Below, in pieces: positions 11,588 through 24,400 of a DNA stretch of 64,000 nucleotides. A program made the translations under genes and the position numbers. Position 1 is the stretch's first letter. Each line of letters begins with the position of its first letter. The notes beneath the pieces are model-generated. The model worked only from the letters and a program-made list of their open reading frames with translations, was not told the DNA's origin and did no database searches. The stretch is from Callorhinchus milii (lineage: Eukaryota): NCBI RefSeq assembly GCF_018977255.1, contig NW_024704742.1, forward strand, positions 136,836,001 to 136,900,000, written 5' to 3'.

Positions 11588-11704
11588 CTGTCAATCAGAA
11601 TAAGCTCTTGTTACATAGACACACACCATCCAGCACAGAGGGAGGCCACTCCACTCATCTCGTCTGTGCCAGGATTCATCTGCTTAACAACAGGTTTGCT
11701 CCAT

Positions 11705-12026
11705 GTGGAGTCCTGTAGCTCAGTGGTTAGAGCACTCGCTTTGCAAGTGAGAGACCTGAGTTCAATTCCAGGCAGAGGGCGAAACCTTGGGCAAGTTTCC
11801 TTACTCCACACACCTAATAATAATCCCTCCAAAACCAAAAACAATAATAAAAATTGGTCATTTTTAATCTACGACTGTTTGTGGGACATTGCTGTGCGCA
11901 ATTGGCTGCCACATTCGCCCACAAATATACAGTCAATTCACTTTAGTGTGCTCTGTGAAGCACTTTGGGACGTCCTCCCGACGTGAAAAGCGCTATATCA
12001 AATGCAAGGATTATTGTTATTATTAT
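11705..12026 (+). mobile_element. tRNA-Ala-derived SINE, short subfamily
   Basis: Same consensus with A/B boxes and (ATT)n tail. Confidence 0.92.
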
Positions 12027-14713
12027 GTGTAAACCAGGTGTATTAGATGCCATGTGTAAACCATGTGCAAATGCTCAAACCGCTGTAACCTGACTTCAAG
12101 TTCCGCCTCAAAACATACCTCTTTGAGTGCCCCTATGGTCACCTTCCCCCTTTCCTTGCTCAGTGTCCGGTCCCATCACTGTGAGGCGCTTTGAGATGTT
12201 ATACTATGTGAAGGGCGTTTCAAATGCCTTCCTACCTCCCTACCTCTCCGACCTGCTTACTCCCCAATCCACAATCCGTTGCCTCCGCTCGACTGGCACC
12301 AATAACTCCAGCTACTATCCACCAAACTCTGGAACACCCTCCTTCTATCCCTCTGCCTTGCCCCCTCCTTCTCCATCTTCAGGTAGCACCTGAAGACCTT
12401 CCTCTTCGACTGTGCTTAAGATCACCTCCTCCTGGTCTCGTGCTCTGCCACTGTCAAGCGCTCTCTTGGTGCTTTTAGATGGTTAATCCTCTACGATTCT
12501 CTCTGTACACAAGGTTTATACATAGACATATTTTCTCCCCTCCACTGCAGTGTGTAAACATATTGCCACTCCTACCCTCAGGACATCAGCCAAATTACCT
12601 CTTTCACATGTCCTGTTTATTCAGATGTTAAGAGCTGAAATTAGGCAAAAGTGCTCGTTAATCAGTTGGTAAATTGAAATCTTTAGGAGCAGGAGTTGGC
12701 CCATCAATCCAATCTTTGTGGGAGTCTTGATCATTCTAATCCCATTTCTATGCCTTTTCTCCAAATCCCTCAAGATCTATAAATTATAACAAAAATAGCC
12801 CATTTAGCCCAACTAGTTTATGCCAGTGTTTATACCCCATGTGAACCCCCATCTCGCCTATTCTGCTCACCCACAGTCCTCCATTCCCTACTCCCTCACG
12901 GTTGCATCAAGATTTTATTGATGCTTTTTGCTCTAACCAACACTTTTGGAAGTGAGTTTCACATTCTCATCACCCTCTGTGTGAAGAAGTAAATTGGTTG
13001 TCATATTTATACTCTAAATATAGGGTGAAAATATGGCTAGCTAATATTTATACCCTTAAGTTTTGGACCCACCAATGAACATAGCCTATCTACATCTATC
13101 TTATCAAATTCTTTCATAATCTTGAACACATCTATCAGATCCCCTCTCAATCATCTCACTTCCCAGCTAGCTATCAAAGATACATCTCCCTCTTGAACAC
13201 CTCAATCTATGGTGTTCATTCGTCCAACCCGTTTGATGATGAACTCTTTTCTGGATTTGCTTTTGACTGGTACGTCTCTCAGTTTAAGATGACTCGCCCC
13301 TTGTTTTCCAAGTCTCGCCATGAAGTCTGTGGGGCGATGTGGAAAATCTGCTGCCATTCACTTGTGTGTGTTCCCTACAACCAAGGACGGCGACTTGGCC
13401 AAACTCTGAACGTCACGTTTCCTGTCTCTTTCTGTGAAGCTCGAAATGAACTCACCAACATTCCTCGAAGTCGAATGCGGAAAAAGGCAGAGATGATGTC
13501 AATGTAAGCAGATTGTTTAACTTAGTCCACAAGAGCAGAGCTCTAGGGTGTTCTGCAGGACTCTCATTAACAAGGCTCAAGAAGGACTAAAGAATGGAAG
13601 TGTTTAGTTGTGGACAATTGGAGCAAGTGGGCTGTAGTTTTTGCTAATGGACCCGGCCTCCACAAAAGCAGTGGAAGTGGGTCCATTAGCAAAGACTACA
13701 GTGCACAGTGTGTGTCAGGTAAGATAACGTCTCAAAACATTTTACAAAGTTCATGGGGTCACTGTTAGGCTGACAATCCAGAGCAGTGCTGGGGAGAGGG
13801 GGAGAAGAGCATTTAATTATTGGAGGCGCTATCCTTCAGATGAAACCGAGGTCCCGTCTGTGTCTATCCAGGTGGATGTTAAAGAATACATATAAATAAA
13901 AATGGCACTAATCGAAAGGAGACAGTGGTTTCTCTTGTAGAAAATAACCATGTGAGGTATCAAGCACTCAAGACTCGGAAACGTAGACATTATTAACACA
14001 AGGCCATTCAGCCCTTTGTGCCAGGCTCCCACCGTTTTGTGGCCAAAACATACCTCAGCTATATAAAGTGCTTTGAAATGTCCTCACAATGTTGAAAGGA
14101 ACATCTAAATAGTATGTTCAGTGGATGGCAATTATTAGCTGGAGGACATTAATTTTCAATGCCCAAAACTAGAGTTCACTTGATGTACACATGAGGGAGA
14201 AGAGAATGGAGTATAGGTGAGGTGAATAGGAGGAGTGGGGGTTCATGTGGGGTATAAACACTGGCATAGACTAGGATAGTGATGGGTTTCTGCATGTAAA
14301 ATATCCGGCTGCTCAAAAAAACATTCACCCAACAAAAACTAATAAAGAAGTTATGAGATTTGTTTTCACACACACATTGGGTTATTAAATACAGAATATC
14401 TCTGGATGACCAAAAATCACTTCAAAAAGGGAACTAAAATATTTAAAAAGGAAGAATATAAAAGAGTAGGAGGAAAAGAACCAGGAAGTGGAAATAACAA
14501 ATCGATCTTACACACTTCATCTTAATGGTTCTTAATGGTGATGTCAACCTGGCTCAGCTGGTAGTATCTTGCCTCTCAGTCGGAGGGCTATGTGTTCAAG
14601 CCAACGACTTTGAACTCTCAGTCTACGCAACTGCACATAAAAATTAAAATAAGGAATAGAGGAGCATAGCATTGTTTGTGACAAAATAGCGTCACATCAC
14701 TTTACACTAAATC

Positions 14714-15037
14714 GTGGAGTCCTGTAGCTCAGTGGTTAGAGCACTCGCTTTGCAAGTGAGAGACCTGAGTTCAATTCCAGGCAGGGCGAAACCTTGGGCA
14801 AGTTTCCTTACTCCACACGCCTAATAATAATCCCTCCAAAACTAAAAACAATAATTAAATTGGTCATTTTCAATCTATGACTGTTTGTGGGACATTGCTG
14901 TGCGCAATTGGCTGCCGCGTTCGCCCACAAATATACAGTCAATTCACTTTACAGTGTGTTCTGTGAAGCGCTTTGGGACGTCCTCCTGACGTGAAAAGCG
15001 CTATATCAAATGCAAGGATTATTATTATTATTATTAT
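14714..15037 (+). mobile_element. tRNA-Ala-derived SINE, short subfamily, inserted in an older SINE tail
   Basis: Same consensus; the flanks rejoin as cactttacactaaatc|ctgtgacgcgctttg. Confidence 0.92.
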
Positions 15038-18000
15038 CCTGTGACGCGCTTTGTGATGTCCTCTCGATGTGAAAGGTACGGTATCAACAAATTACATTTG
15101 TAAAGCTCCTTTCAAGTTGGGAGGTCGTTCCAAGGCACAATCAATTGCAACGATTGTTAAAACAATGTTTTTAATGGTGCAGGCACGATGGGCTGAGTGG
15201 GCTTGTGGGTGTGAATGTTATCGTTGCTAAGCTAGTACGTGTTTGAGGCAGTTTATTGCTGTGGTTACCTAAACCCTATAGGAACTAGACTAAGAATTTA
15301 ATGTTCACTGTGATTCACACTTCATCTTAATGGTTCTCAAAACACAAAACCTCATCCTCAAAATTAAATAATGTGGCTCCAAAATAGACCCAGAAGCACC
15401 ACTGGGAGCTGGAAAACATTAATGCAAACCATCTCAGGTGGCGAGAGGCAGAATTAGCAACCGATTGGATTCAGCAATTATTGTTTCAGCATCGTATTTC
15501 ACTAGCTTGTTCGTTTTGCTTTGTGTAAGGAGCAAGCCTTTTTATAAAAATGCTAACTTAAGAGGGTCATTGGAACATTTTATTGTGTTCTGACTGTCTG
15601 TGTGAAAAAATAATGTGTTTGTCGCCCTCCAAACAAAGATGGTTTGTTAACTCATCAATTCAGGTAATTGAAGGTATTTTGATCCCGTTTCACAAGCACC
15701 TAATTTCCATTGGCATTGCTTCTCCCCCCATCAGCTCAGATGTCAAACTCCTGACAGGGAAATTGCAAGTGGGAGCTTTCCAGCAGAAAGGGAGAGGAGA
15801 CAGGAGAGGGCTACCAGCAATCTTTACTCTATTGCTTCACCTGGGCCGACAATGTCCCTTTAATCCCAAGTAACCTACACCAAAGAGAAATACTGTCACC
15901 ATCTCTCACCATTGCCCGATAGTTAGCGAGACCCAAATCAACAGCAACCTCAGGAAGGGATTTAACAAAATGGGGGTTGCAATGACCTTTAATCCCACGT
16001 GATTCGCAACTGGAATGAATATGATCATCACATCAGTGTGATACTGGCATCGTGGCTCCTAGCCTTGGCAGATACCCTTTCATCACAGCAACGGTCAATT
16101 GATTGATTGAATGATTTATTGATTAATTGCCACATTTTTGCTCTTATGCTTTGGAAACCCCAGTGTGGAGCGACTGTATTCGGCAGAGATTCTTTCCCTG
16201 GTTCTGTGGGAAACATTTGATAACTCAGAACAGAGTTACAACACCAAAAGATCAAACAACAACAAAATTACATTGGTATAGCGCCTTTCACGTCGGGAGG
16301 ACGTCCCAGTGTCCCTGGTTGGGAAGTTTGAGCCTCATGTCCCAAGGCACTGTTTTTGTGTTACGAGGCTCTTTACTCACAAGATGTTAAGATCGATTGG
16401 AATAAAGGAGACTCTTCAGCCCATTTGATCTCATCCTTCCAGAGCACCTGCCCTACTTTCCCTCGATCACAGCATCAAGCTGCTTTTTAAATGAGTCTCA
16501 CTGTCCTATCTTCAACAATCCTGGTAATTTGTTAATTACCCTCTGAGTAAAGAAAAACATCTTTGTGTTTAATCCTGAAATTGCCCTTTGTAACTCTAAA
16601 CCTCTACTGCAGTTTTCCTCTGTTCCACCATTGGCAGCCGCACTTTCAGCCACTACGCCCCCAAACTGGAACACTCTTCCTGTACCCCTCTGCTTCGTCT
16701 CCTCCTTCCCCATCTTCCGGTCACACCTGAAGACCTTTCTCTTCGACTGTGTCTAGGTCATCCCCCCCTCCACCACTATCAAGCGCTCTGGGACGCTTCC
16801 CCGCGTGAGGGGCGCTATATAAATGCAAGTTGTTTTTGTGTATCATGCCCCAATGTAAAGTTAAAGCACTGAGGAACGGTGTCATCTGCCGGAAATAAAG
16901 GTATCATCCACAGAGATACAATGCAGGGAGGATTCGTCCAATCCACGCTGTTGCTTAGAGACATGATGCCAATACCAACCTGGCCCCCATGTTACAACTA
17001 ACCTGTCACTGGGCCTTCTCCCATAGGCTGGAAGGGTGACTGTTAACTTCTGTTGGTTGATGTGAACATATCTACAAGTTTGACAGGGTGAAGTGCTGGA
17101 GGGGGAATAGCATGAGGGAGAAGGGGAGGAGGAAGGAGGAGGGAGGGGGAAGGAATTACAATTAACAAAAACACATGACAACACAGATAGGATGAAGAGT
17201 TTCAATAATCATAAAACTGGAACCAGAACTTTAGAACCTAGGTTCCAAGTGAATCATTTAACCTCTTTACCCTCAGCTCCCACCCCCAGCTTGGGTGCCA
17301 AACAGGGATTATTAAGCACCTTGGGAGATTCTGCCAACGTGAAAGGCGCTGTATCGATGTAAATTGTATTGTATTAAAATGTCACCCTCAGAACAGTGAC
17401 ATCTATTGCCCACGGTCACTTGGTTAGGCTACATTATGGGAACAGTGGGGACCTATCGTTGAGGCAGTCAGGTCATGTATAAACTGAAGGCAAGAGCCAA
17501 GTCTTGGGGATTCCAGATTGTGTATTGGGGTAACTGCTGGAGTCTAACCAGCTAAAGACATGTGTGAAGATTTTCTGATGTTAATCACCGCATTAATCCC
17601 CTATCAAAAGGCCTCTCTCCTGTGTGCCTCTCCTCTCCTGAATCAGGTCTGCTGGCTCTCCTTTGAGTCAGTGTTACAAAAGGTAAAGCTTCACTCCAAC
17701 ACCAGCTCAACGACTGGCCCGATTATGAACAATGGAGATCAAAACCTCAAGGCCTGCCGAGAGGTTAGTGCTGACAGCCTATGCTGCTGGAAAGGAGGAT
17801 CTGAGCCGAGAGCAGAGATGTAGGAACATTGAGCCTGTTCCAACAGCTTATGACATCCCGTCAGACCTTTGGATACTCTTAACAAGTGTCAGACTGACCC
17901 AAACCAAAAATTCTCAAATCTCTTTTTGTAACTGAGACCCTGATGGCTGTTGAAATCTCAGAGCCCGATGTAGAGTTATTGACGGTGGTCGAGGTTGTTG

Positions 18001-21000
18001 GGGGACATTGTACTAGTCTGCCAGACATCCCTTTCCGTTGTTGCAATCCCAAACCATGAGCCATTGGGACTTTCTTGTAAATGATCACTTGGTTGTAAAG
18101 TTGGCACATCAACTGAATTGTCAGCAAGTCACTGCACAGGAAGGTTAGCTGCCCGTGTAGGAAAATCATCGGGAGCCAAGAGGTGAACGTTTGGCTCCAA
18201 AATCCCTGTAAGGTTTGTCCTGGAGCCAATAATGGTCCTTCTGCTTCAGTCCAGTAATAAGTTCTTTGCTGTTCACCTCAGGAGCCCTCAAAGGACGGAC
18301 ACGCGTGAGCCCAGCCTGGCTCATTGGCAGGACCTGGAAGGGCAGATCAGTCACTGGGGGCAGGAAGTCATCCCACTCAGCTCCCGTTAATGCTGCAAGC
18401 TGAAGCCCTAACGGGTAGGATGGTCTTAGTTGGATAAACTGCGGAAAAGCTTGCCAGACAGCAATATCAATGGAAGCTATGTGGTTTTGGCTGGTTGGAT
18501 CAGCACTTACCCCAACACACACTCTGGGATCCCCAAGCTTTGTCGCTTGCCAACCTGCGCCTAATACTTTCCGGAATTAGGTAAGCAGGATGCATCCCTC
18601 CAGGCAGAGAGTGCGCATTCCATTCCAACAATCTATCTCTGGGATTTCCATGTGTAGTGGAATGCTTTGATAATTCAGTTTGGTTTGGAGAATTAATTAA
18701 TGTGATGGGTTTCCGGGTGTCAACACACCTGGTTGACTAAAAACAATACAGTCTGCCCTGGTCCTTAATGTCTCAGATCACATCCATCTACTGGCTCTAC
18801 TACCAAATTGAGATGGTAGAACAGAAGAGGAGACGGAGGTTTTATTCTGGTCAGCCAGGGGTATGACGCATGCAGAAACCTATCACTGTGCTCAAGAGTA
18901 TCCAAATCAGATTGAGCGTTCCACCTATGTGTGCCACATACCCACGAGAATTTCCCTGTGGCTAGAATGAAATGTGTTCTTTCCCTAGAGAGACGCATCC
19001 TCCTTACCTAACTCTGGTGAGTACTAAGCATAGGTTTGCAAGAGCCAAGGCTTGAGGGCTCAGGAGTATGCACTGGGATCACTGCTGAAGTCTAGACAGC
19101 TAAAACTGCACAGCTTGCCATTGAGAGAACTGTCTGGAAAGCGTCCTGCTGCTTGTCCAGCTAGGACCAGCTTGCTCTAGCTGGAGAAGCAGCATTAAGG
19201 AGCATTAGCTTGCAGGGTTAATAGGATTCCTGCTAAAGAGCCAGGCAGACGGAATCATCTGGCTCAAGAACCAGACTACTGAGATTATCATAGAGGATTG
19301 ACTTGACAATGTTGTTGAGTGAGTTAACTGCAAAGCAATCACTAAGAAATCACAGTAATTAAATAACCAACTCTCACATTATGGATGTTTGTGGGGCACT
19401 ACTGTGCACCAAACTGGCTGCTGTGTTTGCTTACAAAATACACAAGATGACTGTACTTTAAAATTTTGTGCAGGGCTTTAAGCCATCGTCCTGACGTTAA
19501 AAATGCTAAATCAAATCCTGTCCTCCCATCACAGCATTGGGATGCTTCTTAAACCTACATCTCCTGCCACACCCCCACACTTCTCTGACCTCCTTTCTCC
19601 TCACTCCCCCACCCACCATATCCGCTCGGCTAGCTCTGTCCCCCTGCTTGTCCCTCGACTTCTCTGCTCCACCAACGGCGTCTGCCCTTTCAGCCATTCC
19701 ACCCAGAAGCTTCAGAACTTTCTCCCCGTCCCCTCTGCCTTGCCATCCTCTTTTAGATCATGACTGAAGACCTTCCTCTTCGACTGTGCTTATGGACACC
19801 TTCCCTCTCCCCCGGTGTCAGGCTCCACCACTGTTAAGCGCTCTGAGACCCTGCATGAAGGGGGCGATATAAATGCAACTTTTTGGTATTAAACGTTTCC
19901 CAGATCCAGGCCCCAATCACTCTCCCTGGTAATCCCACCCACCCCACCACCCGAACCAGCTAAAGACATATTTTTGAGAAAAAGAGAGATTTATGGCCAA
20001 GAATCCTCCAAAAACCATACCTGACATTCGCAAGTGGGACCTTGTTGTGAGCAAAACGCTGTTGTACTTGTGTACGAAAAATACACAGTCACTACAGTAA
20101 ACCCAACAGTAATTACAGTGAAGCAACTGAGGTTCTTCATTGTGATACGGCAAGCTCCTTTGTCGATGGATTTTATAAAACATCACAGACGCTGCCTGTA
20201 CAAACTGGAGCTGGCCTTTCAGGAATCACTTCCCAAACCTAACACTGGGTGACTGAATGAGGCTCAAAACAACTTCCAGCTCCTCCTCCCGCTAACATGA
20301 TTTACTCCCCCCGGTTCCCCCATTCCCAGACACGTAGTGTCCCAATTTTCAGAGCGCTGATGGCGTGACCACAGTCTCTCTCTCGCGCTGGTCCCCTTAG
20401 TATTCATTAGGGCTGGCCGCTGAATGGTGCCACGGATTAAATCTCAAACAGACCCTTTGCATTATCTGCGCACCCCATGACATCATCCAGTGGGACGGCC
20501 AAGGCTGTCCAAAGTGGGAGCTGCAGAGTTTTACCAACAGACCGGGCGTTGTTTACTCGGGAAACCTGAGCCCCGGCTTTTGACAAGGGACCCATTAGCT
20601 GTCAGAATGTTGAAAAAAAACCTACCACGGTTAGGTCAGGATTTCCTCTAACACCAAGTGTATGGTCAGAACGCTGGTATTTCCAATGACATTTTCCTGT
20701 GTGATCCCAGGTTTCCTGTATGTGTGCAGTTTTGTAGGTACTGTTGGGTCCGTGTATATGTAATATGCTGGTGCTTTGTTCAGTTTAGATCGTTTCCCAT
20801 GTCAGGGCCCCTTCGTGGGCAATGAGCTATCTGGTCAATCAACAGAGCCGTACAATCCCCATGATCGGACTCGGTAAAGTTACTGTTACCCAGGCCTTCC
20901 CCACGGCGCATAAACAAGGAACTCGGAAGGAAGTCTTTCTATAGTCTCTGACAGACATCCACACAAACAACTTCCTCTTATGCTCCCTGGCTATCCCTTC

Positions 21001-23688
21001 TCCCCACACCCACACCCCTGCTCCCCGGCTATCCCCTCCCACTCTCCATTCCACATCAGTCCATCTCTACCCAACAGCGCTATGCCAGGCTGTGCCCCCA
21101 ACCGAAAGGCTCTCCACCTCACTATTTCACTTTCATGGAAACATCACAGCACTTTGCCGCATTGGTGCTACTATTGCAGACATACTGGGGCTTAGGTATC
21201 AGACTGGATGTAGAGCTCTCTTCCCACTCCATTACCTACAGCCTGCATGCCACTGATAATAATAACAATACTTGCATTTGATATACACCTTATCATGTCA
21301 TTGAGACTTCTCAAAGCACTTCATAGGAAATACTCTAAAGTGAATTGACTGTGTATTTTGGGCCCAAAATGAGCGGCTCAACACAGATCGAGGATCCAAC
21401 CTTCAACTTTCAGAGGCTACAAACCTCTCACGCCCTCAGCTGCTCAACCTGAGATTTTGCTGCACAATTTAAGACTGTGCAAAATGGTGGAGAGATCCCA
21501 CTGTTTAGTTCAGGATTTACTATAAAGACTATTGACTGTGCATTTTGTAGGTGATTGCGGCAGCCGGTTTGCGCACAGCAGTATCCCACTAACAGCCACA
21601 AAGTGAATGATCTTCTATCTTAAGACCTTGACTGTGCTTTCGGTCATCTTTCTCCTCCTTAAGCAGGATCTTCGCTTCACAGTTTAGGATAATTTCAATT
21701 CTTCACCATCTTAGATTTGAAGACAGAAAGGTTACGACTAGATGTAATTTCAGGCCTGGAGATGCCTCGATCCACTGGGGTAACAGGAGTCAGGAGAGAG
21801 GATTTTGATTTCTTTCTCCAACCCCCGCCTTCTCCTTCCCACTCAATATCTTCCCCCTTCTTCATACAAAGCCACCGGCTGATGCTGGGGCCTTCACAAG
21901 CCAATGAGTCAGGGCAGGGAAAGGACTCCTATGATGCACTGGGAAATGTCGGCCACCTTTGATTAACTTCAAAACAATCACTTCTACATGACTCCACTGA
22001 CGCCTGAGGCCTTAATATCCCCAATTGTGTGTGCCAAGCTGTGCCAAGCTGATGAAGAGAATGCCCAGCAGTGCCAAGAGTTAGGGTGAGGGGATGGTCA
22101 CCCAGAACCAAAATAGAGTGTGGTTTGTGAAAGGTAATGGCAGCAACCCAGAGAATATGAGAGCAGAAGGCACTGTTATTTGGCAGTATTAGGTTAGTGT
22201 CAGAGCAGCCTGCCCCAATACGGTTAGTAATGATGTGATGCTCACAGAGTTGCATCACCATTTACCATCTTCGACAGGATCTCAAGATCGGTTTGGATGA
22301 AGAAGGCCCTTCGATCCATTTGATCTCATCCTTCCAGAATCCCCACCCTACCATCTTCCCATCGCAGCCTCCATCTGTTTTGTGAAATAAGCTATGTTCC
22401 TTGCTGGTAATCTGTTCCAGTTGTTAATTACCTTCAAGGTAAATAAATATTTTATGGGGTCTGTGTTGAAGTTAACCTTTGCAACTCTTGTTGTGCTGCC
22501 TTGGTGCATCCAGAAGTACTGTCCTAGGTTTAATTTCCAGGGGCATTTAAGATTTTATACACCTGGACCACAGTAGGACATCTTCTAGCAAGACTGAGGA
22601 GCCCCAACATGTCTAATGCTTGATCAGATACAACAATAGAAATGGCATCACAGGGGGAGTCCATTTAACCCAAGATCCTGTGCTGGGGCTAGTTTTTTCC
22701 TTCCATTACCAGCACCATGGACACAACTACACTAATCCCAATTCTTGTCTTTCTCCAGACTTACATTCCTAGCCTTCAAATGGTTTGACAATTTCCATTT
22801 AAGTCTGTTATGATTTTTGACTATCTGTACTTGTGTCAAACAGGAAATATAGAATGTCAGAATCAAGCCACTTGCAATCCTCGAACGTCTAATAAGCTTT
22901 GGTGTTGGTTGAGCTGGCAGTCCATCTTATTTTACTCCGCTCCAATCCATGGGAACTGAGACAAACATAACCACCTGCTTCAGAAGGTCAATAGAACTTC
23001 CACAGAGGCAGGAGAGCTGCTGGAAGCACACAGAATGTAAGGACTTTGCTGTGGGTTAGTGTAACACAGGAGAAGGTAGAGGAGAGGACAGGGGAATGAT
23101 GATGGGATCAGTGCAGAGATGGAGGCGGTGTGATGTTATGTAGTTGTTAGTGTGCGTCTCAGTGAGATGGAGGTGTCTGAACAAGTGTTGGACGTTTGAC
23201 AGCTCACAATCATTCCGAGATTCTGAGGCACTATTAAGTGCCAGTTCCGACACTTTGCTTCTGTTACTCAAATCCCAATTCCCCGCTCTTTGCCCCATTT
23301 CTTTTCATGAAAGCTCTTCTCTACACAATTGTCTAACTTCTTCTCGAATGTGAACTAAATACACAGAATAATCAGAACCCAAACAGTCCATTGAAATTTT
23401 ACTGATGTTTTTACTGAAGAACCTCCCATCCCAATTCCCCTCCCCAGTCTCCCCCCATATCTCGCTATTCAAGCAGGCATCGAGTTTTCATTTAAATATA
23501 TTGATGTTTTCTACTTTAACCATGACCCCTGTGCTCCACCCCAACACCTGAGATTCTGACGGCAAAGTTTGGCCAAAAACTCGGAATCAGTGTGGTGAAT
23601 AGTCAAACCCGCTTGTTGAGCACAGTTCGGACATCTCCCCACAAAAGAGTACCATAAGCCCCTCCACATCCCGCATCCCCCAACTTAC

Positions 23689-23765
23689 CTCCGGTCATTC
23701 CGACGTCTCCGGAATAACTTTTTGGTTTGTGCGATCTCAGCTTCGTGAGGCAGCGGTTGGTAAAC
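23689..23765 (-). CDS. CTIF: CTIF coding exon 6
   Basis: tctcAG|VYQPLPHEAEIAQTKKLFRRRRNDR(R)|GTAAGT; 77 nt, phase 0/2; conserved KKLFRRRRNDRR. Confidence 0.96.
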
Positions 23766-23925
23766 CTGAGAAATCAAACGAGAATCTCGATGAAGGAAGG
23801 TTACTGACAGGCTCAGAGCTTCCCCACCTCCTCAATAATATTAATAATAATCTTTGTATTTGGTATAGGGCCTTTCATGTCAGGAAGACGCCCCAAAGCA
23901 CTTCACAGTGTAGTGACTATGTGTT

Positions 23926-24400
23926 TTCAAGATCCTCATCCTCACCTACAAGGCCATTCACGGCCTTGCTCCCTCCTACCTCTCCGACCTACTATCCCCC
24001 TCCCTACCTGCCCGTACCCTCCGTTCCTCTGGCTCCGGTCTGCTCCACATCCCCCGCCCCAACCGCCCTACCATCGGTGGTCGGGCCTTCAGCCTCTCAG
24101 CCCCCAGGCTCTGGAACTCCATCCCCCAGTGCCTTCGCCGCCTCCTCCCTTTCCTCCTTCAAGGCCGGTCTCAAAACCTTTCTCTTTGACCGAGCCTTCA
24201 GCTCCCCTCTCGACTCTCTTCCCCCTCCTCGCTCCCTCCCTTCCCTCCCCTCACCCTGACCATTTCCCCCTCCTCGCTCCTTCCCTCCCCTCACCCTGAC
24301 CATTTCCCCCCTGCTCGGGTCATGACCCAACTGTGCAGCGCCTTGGGACGTCCTCCTGACGTGAAAGGCGCTTTATAAATGGAATCTTGTTGTTGTTGTT
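23926..24400 (+). mobile_element. LINE-2 3' fragment (same young family)
   Basis: Near-identical to 57649-58115; internal repeat cctcaccctgaccatttccccc; (TTG)n tail. Confidence 0.92.

Noticed and set aside
11307..11594. Alternative-frame ORF (95 aa) over exon 7
   Set aside because: An out-of-frame shadow of the low-complexity CTIF exon with a non-ATG start.
13193..13507. 104-aa + strand ORF and coding-like minus-strand text
   Set aside because: No recognisable homology. The minus strand (HLKLRDVPVKSKSRKEFIIKRV) resembles a decayed CR1 ORF2 end contiguous with adjacent CR1 debris.
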